A model generated the notes under the pieces. It worked only from the letters and a program-made list of their open reading frames with translations, was not told where the DNA came from and did not search any database. Positions 26,873 to 32,000 of a stretch of DNA of 32,000 nucleotides are shown here, in pieces. The position numbers and the translations under genes are program-made. The stretch comes from Promethearchaeota archaeon (lineage in GTDB: Archaea; Asgardarchaeota; Lokiarchaeia; Sigyniarchaeales; SOKP01), in contig JAUWGH010000002.1 of the NCBI GenBank assembly GCA_030606485.1, positions 210,001 through 242,000 on the forward strand, in the 5' to 3' direction. Every line of letters begins with the position of its first letter. The stretch's first letter is position 1.

Positions 26873-28132
26873 GTGAATAAAATGAAAGCAGTAAATAATC
26901 TAATATATCTTTTTGGGTATTTAGTCCAAGGACTCCTTTTAGTGTTTTTCAATACTTTTTTACCTGTTCTACTAATTTCGGTTTTGGGAATTCCTGAATT
27001 AGAAATTGCTTTTGCTCAATTAATTTCATATACTGCATTTTTAATTAAACCGATATTCGCACTAATATCCGATAAAACTTATGAAAAAACTGGTCAACAT
27101 CCAAAAAGAAAAATTTACATATTTTTGGGCAGTATTGGCTTATTTATCAGTTTTCTGTTAATGATTATTTCAATTCAAATTATGATTATTTTTGGTATTT
27201 TTTGGAGTATAAACTATTTCTGCATATCAATAATCGATGTTGCAATTGATGGAGATATTATCGATACTTCACCGAATATTCAAACGAAAAAAAGAAAAAT
27301 TGTCTTAATACAAATTGGAAATTCATTAGGCAATATTTTAGCTTATTTATCCTATATTTTAATTATTAATAATATTTATAACATAAACGATTGGAATAAT
27401 CTCTTTACTTTCCAATTATTAACACTTTTTCCATTAATAATTCTTTCTTATTTTATATATGATAAAACCATTAATGAAAGAAATAGAAAAGAAAACCTTG
27501 AAGAAAAAGGTATAAGGCAAGAAATCTCTAAAAAGAAAAGTATGAAAACATTAGATCAATCAAATTTAAAACTTAGTTTCATTTGTATAAGTGTATTCTT
27601 GCTCCTTTTCTTCTCAGAAGCACTTGTGCAAGTTCCCTACGAACCATGGTTAGTGGAAAGATTTGGTCAAGAAGGTTTTGAAATATTTTTGTTCTTTCTG
27701 ATTTTTGCACCTTTCATTAATATTATTGGGTATCTCTTAATAAATACCGCACTTAGATATAGTGATAGAAAGAAAATTCTTTATTTTTCAATAATTATTG
27801 TTGGTTTATTTGATATGTGTATTCCACTGATGGATCTTTGGACTTTAATCATATTAGGAATGTTTGTATTAATTCCAAATGCAATAGCCTATATTGCATT
27901 TGTTTCTTTAATGATGGAGTTTGCAGGAAATAAATTTAGCTATAAATATCAGATGCTTGCACTAATGGTAATTATTTCCATGCTTATTTTCGGACCATTA
28001 GGTACTTTTCTTTCTGGATTCATAGATACGGGTATTCTACTTATTATCGTAGGAATACTTACTCTGAGTTCAATTATTCCGATAATATTCATAAAAATGC
28101 AAAAAGTTGATAATCGAAATTATTTTTTTTGA
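26873..28132 (+). CDS. MFS transporter
   Basis: About 12 hydrophobic segments; KPIFALISDK...KRK loop motif; DVAIDG; start may be ATG 26882. Confidence 0.85.
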   Translation: MNKMKAVNNLIYLFGYLVQGLLLVFFNTFLPVLLISVLGIPELEIAFAQLISYTAFLIKPIFALISDKTYEKTGQHPKRKIYIFLGSIGLFISFLLMIISIQIMIIFGIFWSINYFCISIIDVAIDGDIIDTSPNIQTKKRKIVLIQIGNSLGNILAYLSYILIINNIYNINDWNNLFTFQLLTLFPLIILSYFIYDKTINERNRKENLEEKGIRQEISKKKSMKTLDQSNLKLSFICISVFLLLFFSEALVQVPYEPWLVERFGQEGFEIFLFFLIFAPFINIIGYLLINTALRYSDRKKILYFSIIIVGLFDMCIPLMDLWTLIILGMFVLIPNAIAYIAFVSLMMEFAGNKFSYKYQMLALMVIISMLIFGPLGTFLSGFIDTGILLIIVGILTLSSIIPIIFIKMQKVDNRNYFF

Positions 28133-28202
28133 ATAAATCAGAAATTTTTAATACTTTTTTAAATAAAATTAGCATAATTTCTTAGAGAGGCATTTGTAAT
28201 TG

Positions 28203-28611
28203 ATGATTAAATCCAGAATTGGTTCCGAATAAACGGAAAAACTTCTTGATTTAAAGAAGGACGAGTTCTTAATTCCGTTTAAGGTCGTACTGGGGTCCAG
28301 GTGAGTCGGGAAAAACAACAAATTTTAATAGGTTAAAAGAAAGGTTCAGTAAGGTCAAAATAACTCAGGGATATTCGATCGAGACGACCAATGGAAGGAC
28401 GCTCTGGCAAGATTCCGTGTTTTTAATGTTGGGATGCGAATTAGGAGGTAAAAAATATAGAATTATCGTACAGATAGTTACCTGCACAGTTCAGGAAAGA
28501 TTTTTATCTACTAGAGAATACGTAATTGACGGAGCTGACGGAGTTGTGTTTATTGGGGATTCAGACCCTGAAAAAATCGAGGAAAATACCAGTTTGTTCC
28601 CTTATCTCTAG
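28203..28611 (+). pseudogene. Degraded MglA/Arf-like small GTPase
   Basis: ATG 28203, in-frame TAA at 28230, then ...FLIPFKVV; frameshift near 28287 into YWGPGESGKTTN (G1), ETTNGRTLW (G2 region), TCTVQERF (G3), GADGVVFIGDS; ends at TAG 28611 with no NKxD. The ORF-track 28417..28611 is only its tail. Confidence 0.8.
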
Positions 28612-28651
28612 TTTTACTATTGAAAATTTGTTGGTAAGTATTTCTTTCAAT

Positions 28652-28999
28652 TCAATAATCCTTGGATCGAATTACATGAAACCATTGATTCCAAACATTT
28701 AATAATTTTGCAAATTGTTCTCTGGAAATTGAGTATTCTTTGAATTTACCTTTCTTAGAACTATGAATAAATTTATGTTTCTCCAAAATTCTAATATGAT
28801 GGGAGATAGAAGGTTGACTTTTATTCAAGCTTTTTTCAATATCAGATAATAAACATGGTTTATTATTTAATAGATTTAAAATTAAAAATCTGTCTTTATT
28901 ACCTATGATTCCCATACATTCTCGTAAGAACTTATAGGAGTTATTCTTCTTGATTTCTTTTTTTATAGTTTTAATTTTATTCTTTGAGAATTCTTCCAT
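28652..28999 (-). CDS. ArsR/SmtB family winged-helix transcriptional regulator
   Basis: GNKDRFLILNLL...SQPSISHHIRILE...KKGKFKEYS. Confidence 0.88.
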   Translation of the reverse strand: MEEFSKNKIKTIKKEIKKNNSYKFLRECMGIIGNKDRFLILNLLNNKPCLLSDIEKSLNKSQPSISHHIRILEKHKFIHSSKKGKFKEYSISREQFAKLLNVWNQWFHVIRSKDY

Positions 29000-29041
29000 G
29001 TTTTTCTTAATATTCTCTTTTTTCTATTCTTTTCTAAAGAA

Positions 29042-29881
29042 TTAAGATGAGAGATTTTTAATCCAATTCTCCCATAAATGCACAAATTCCATTATTTTTG
29101 GCTTATTTAATGAATAATAAATATATTTTCCATTTTTCCATCCTTTAATGAATCCTGTTTCCTCTAATTTCTTAATATGATGTGAAGATGTAGATTGAGA
29201 TTTACCAATCAACATCTCTATTTCTTCCAACTTTAATGGTTGAGATTTTATTACTTCCAGCATTAAAAATCTTTCAGGATTTGAAAACGATTTTAACCAT
29301 TCAATTAAGTTAATTTTTTCATTAATAACGGCTATTTCAAGTATAGGTTCTATGTCGTCATTTCCTTGTTCAAGATAATTTCCTTTTTCTAAAGAATTAT
29401 TAATTTGGGAGGGTAAAACATTTTTATCTGATTGGATTAAATGTTTAATCTGTTTAAATGTTTCATTATTTTTCTTAAGTTTATTTTTCACTTGATGATT
29501 ATACATTGCGAGTTCTATTGTAGGTAGAAGCTCATCTTCACTCGTTATAGGTTTTACTATATATCCATAAGGTTCCGATAATTTGGCTCTATTTAATGTT
29601 TTTTTATCTCCGTATGCAGTTATAAATATAATAGGAATATTATATTTTGCATTAATAATTTTCGCTGTTTCAATTCCATCCATAGACCCAGCTAGAATTA
29701 TATCCATTAATATCAAATCAAGATTTAAATTCTTGATTTTGGAAATTGCTTTTTCTCCAGAAGAAACAATGGCTATTGGATTATAGTTTAATTTTTTTAA
29801 AAGAATCGCTATTGCTTCAGCGGTAATTAATTCATCTTCAACAATCATGACTTTTATTTGCGACATTTTACTAATTCTCAT
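29042..29881 (-). CDS. Response regulator: receiver domain fused to an ArsR-type wHTH
   Basis: MIVEDE, LILMDI, MDG, IFITAY, YIVKP (complete REC); C-terminal SNPERFLML...SQSTSSHHIKKLE...GKYIYYSL; start may be the second Met (MSQIKV). Confidence 0.9.
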   Translation of the reverse strand: MRISKMSQIKVMIVEDELITAEAIAILLKKLNYNPIAIVSSGEKAISKIKNLNLDLILMDIILAGSMDGIETAKIINAKYNIPIIFITAYGDKKTLNRAKLSEPYGYIVKPITSEDELLPTIELAMYNHQVKNKLKKNNETFKQIKHLIQSDKNVLPSQINNSLEKGNYLEQGNDDIEPILEIAVINEKINLIEWLKSFSNPERFLMLEVIKSQPLKLEEIEMLIGKSQSTSSHHIKKLEETGFIKGWKNGKYIYYSLNKPKIMEFVHLWENWIKNLSS

Positions 29882-29889
29882 AATAATTT

Positions 29890-32000
29890 TTATAATTTCC
29901 AGGTGATTATAAAATGAGTTCCATTATTTCTTTCAATAGTAATATTTCCATCCATTTGTTTGGTTATAGTGTATATAAGTTTTAACCCAATTGTATCTGA
30001 ATTTCTATAATCTACATCTTTGGGAAAACCTATTCCATTATCATACACATCTAATAATATTCTATTGTTTTTGGTTTTTTTCAGTGTAACAATGATTTTT
30101 CCAACATCATTTTTAGAAAATGCATGTATTAATGAGTTAGATACAAGTTCATTTACAATTAAACCACAAGAAATGGCTTTATTTAGGTTGAAATCAATAT
30201 TTTCAATGTTCAATTGTAATTTAATTTGTTTGGAATTTGCTGAATAAGCTTTAAATAGATTATTAACAAGGTTTTTCATGTATTTTGAAAGATCTATCTT
30301 ATTTAAGTTTTCGGATTTGTATAATATTTCGTGTATTAGCGCCATAGCTTTAATACGATTTTGGAAATCCTTAAAAATATGAAGAATTCTTTCATCTTTT
30401 ACATAATGATCTTGTAGTACTATTAAACTTGAAATTATTTGTAAATTATTTTTTACTCTATGATGGATTTCTTTTAGGAGTATTTCTTTTTCTGCTAGGG
30501 AAGATTCCAATAGTGATTCATTCTTTTTTTGCTCGGTTATATCAATTATATTTATATGTAGATCAAAGGTTCCTTGAAATTGAATCCTTTTTAAATATTG
30601 TCGGATATACAAATAATTTTCATTTTTTTTCTTCATTCGTATTTCGGATTGAAATGAGGATATATCTTCGTTTAAAATTTTATTATATTTTTCAATAGTC
30701 ATTTGTAAGTCTTCAGGATGAATATGCTGGCTTATAGTGTTTAGATCCCAAGATAGTAGTTCATTTATCGAAAATCCTAAAATATCAGATATACCTTTGT
30801 TTGCAAAAATTATGCGTTCATTAGCAATGATAAGAGTACCCAACAAGGATTGTTCTGTGAGTGTTCGATATTTTTCTTCACTTTCTCTTAACTCTTTTTC
30901 AGTATAATCACGAACAATAACACTTGCAAGAATATTTGCTATAGATTGTAAAAAATTGATATCATCTTTTAAAAATTTCCGATATTTTTTTGTATGAGCT
31001 CCTAAAATACCAAATGGTGCGTTTATTCCTTGAATAATAACACTCATTCCACTAATGACATCATGATCCGCAAGAAGTTTTGGTGCATAAAATCTCGTTT
31101 CATTTTTCAAGTTTTCCACAATTACTGGCGTAGTTTTTAGTAATGTATAACCTGCTTGCGAATTTATATTATTTTCAACAGTTGCATTTCCAACTAATCC
31201 TTTATGCCAACCAGATCCTGCCCTTAATTTTAAAAATTTGTTATTCGGAAGAAGTTCAAGTACTTTCGTAAACTCAACATCCAATATTTTTGCAAGTAAA
31301 GATGTTGCTTTTTTAAACAATTTATCAATTTGTTTTTCCGTAATAGCTTCTAAGCCAAATTTTGCAATCATTGCTTGTCTATGGATACGATTTTCAATGA
31401 ACTCTCGGATTGTTCTGTATCTCGTTAAGTCTTCGGAAACACAGAGAATTCCGACAATTTTATTTTGGTTATTGAAAATTGGTCCCAGATTAGATGAAAA
31501 TTGTATATCACTTCCATTCTTTTTTTTTAATCGATATTTAATATTTGTAACAAATTTACCTTCCAATACTTTCTTAATTCCTTTGGTAAGAATCATTTCA
31601 TCATTTGGATGAATTAATTTATAAACGCTTAATGAATCAAGGATTTCTTCTTTGTTATATCCTAGAATATCAGTAAAAACATTATTTATTTCAAGAAAAT
31701 TTATGTTTAGATCTAATTTATAAATCATAAATTTAGAAATTTTAAGCAATGTTTGAAATTTCTCTTCAGCTAAATATTGAGAAAAATAAGAATTTTTTAG
31801 TTTATTGAAGTGTTTTGTATTTTTTATCTCTCGTATAATAGTAGGAATTAAGCGATTTAGATCATCTTCTTTGATATAATCATTTATTCCGGTTTTTATC
31901 AAGGAAATCATCCCTTTTTCATCTATTTCTTGTCCAATAACAATATAGGGAATTATTAATTCTTTTTCTTTGATAATTCTTAATATTTCTATTCCGTATC
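29890..32000 (-). CDS. Sensor histidine kinase REC-PAS-GAF-PAS-HisKA_2/HATPase, 5' end truncated by the window edge
   Basis: EIHHRVKNNLQ (HisKA_2 H-box), NELVSNS, DNGIGFP, GLKLI; two PAS/PAC (IHPND, IHPED), GAF (RAGSGW..GLVG...SQAGYTL). The frame stays open upstream of 31911 to the edge (YGIEILRIIKEKELIIPYIVIGQEIDEKG), so the track's start is internal. Confidence 0.9.
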   Translation of the reverse strand, partial: YGIEILRIIKEKELIIPYIVIGQEIDEKGMISLIKTGINDYIKEDDLNRLIPTIIREIKNTKHFNKLKNSYFSQYLAEEKFQTLLKISKFMIYKLDLNINFLEINNVFTDILGYNKEEILDSLSVYKLIHPNDEMILTKGIKKVLEGKFVTNIKYRLKKKNGSDIQFSSNLGPIFNNQNKIVGILCVSEDLTRYRTIREFIENRIHRQAMIAKFGLEAITEKQIDKLFKKATSLLAKILDVEFTKVLELLPNNKFLKLRAGSGWHKGLVGNATVENNINSQAGYTLLKTTPVIVENLKNETRFYAPKLLADHDVISGMSVIIQGINAPFGILGAHTKKYRKFLKDDINFLQSIANILASVIVRDYTEKELRESEEKYRTLTEQSLLGTLIIANERIIFANKGISDILGFSINELLSWDLNTISQHIHPEDLQMTIEKYNKILNEDISSFQSEIRMKKKNENYLYIRQYLKRIQFQGTFDLHINIIDITEQKKNESLLESSLAEKEILLKEIHHRVKNNLQIISSLIVLQDHYVKDERILHIFKDFQNRIKAMALIHEILYKSENLNKIDLSKYMKNLVNNLFKAYSANSKQIKLQLNIENIDFNLNKAISCGLIVNELVSNSLIHAFSKNDVGKIIVTLKKTKNNRILLDVYDNGIGFPKDVDYRNSDTIGLKLIYTITKQMDGNITIERNNGTHFIITWKL

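Noticed and set aside
28612-28665. Possible continuation of the GTPase past TAG (FFQFNNP resembling a QxNKxD G4 motif)
   Set aside because: Two intervening stops, no KxD, and the stretch runs into the ArsR 3' end on the other strand; likely chance
477-31612. Numerous antisense/overlapping ORFs in the track (477..803, 1115..1297, 3032..3241, 3407..3706, 6066..6305, 6570..6890, 8006..8209, 9758..9973, 12596..12886, 15304..15657, 15763..16056, 16895..17140, 22421..22804, 23320..23505, 23405..23926, 24466..24693, 29583..29786, 30020..30247, 30429..30698, 31238..31612)
   Set aside because: All overlap well-supported genes and lack motifs; shadow ORFs
1-32000. tRNA, rRNA, CRISPR, IS/integrase or C/D-box RNA
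   Set aside because: No GC-rich structured intergenic stretch, spaced repeat array or transposase/integrase motif was seen; small RNAs cannot be excluded without a covariance-model search

Overview
AT-rich archaeal chromosomal window, most consistent with Lokiarchaeia/Promethearchaeia (Asgard). This is inferred from a Loki-CTERM-like sorting tail, ribosomal protein L13e, a longin-like protein, an MglA-type small GTPase remnant and fwdA/hdrC/mvhG. About 29 CDS were called. I could not support any rRNA, tRNA, CRISPR array or IS element. The content is: surface proteins (NosD beta-helix, transglutaminase-like), housekeeping genes (L13e, Trm9-like methyltransferase, cyclophilin, phosphohexomutase, PfkB kinase), acyl-CoA/sugar metabolism (two ADP-forming acyl-CoA synthetases, DRTGG protein, GH4), a mobA-mvhG-fwdA-hdrC redox cluster, an MFS transporter, a GTPase pseudogene and a two-component/ArsR cluster cut by the right edge. 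The best candidate for an undescribed system is a tight three-gene operon (8570-11110) of paralogous 2TM + left-handed beta-helix proteins. It looks like the three-repeat terminal domain of epsilon-poly-L-lysine-synthetase-type NRPSs split into separate genes, with only one copy keeping the candidate catalytic His. Other notable items are an MvhG with a duplicated Fe-S module, an L13e-HhH fusion and a REC-ArsR plus ArsR pair. All family assignments come from motif recognition by eye; no searches were run.
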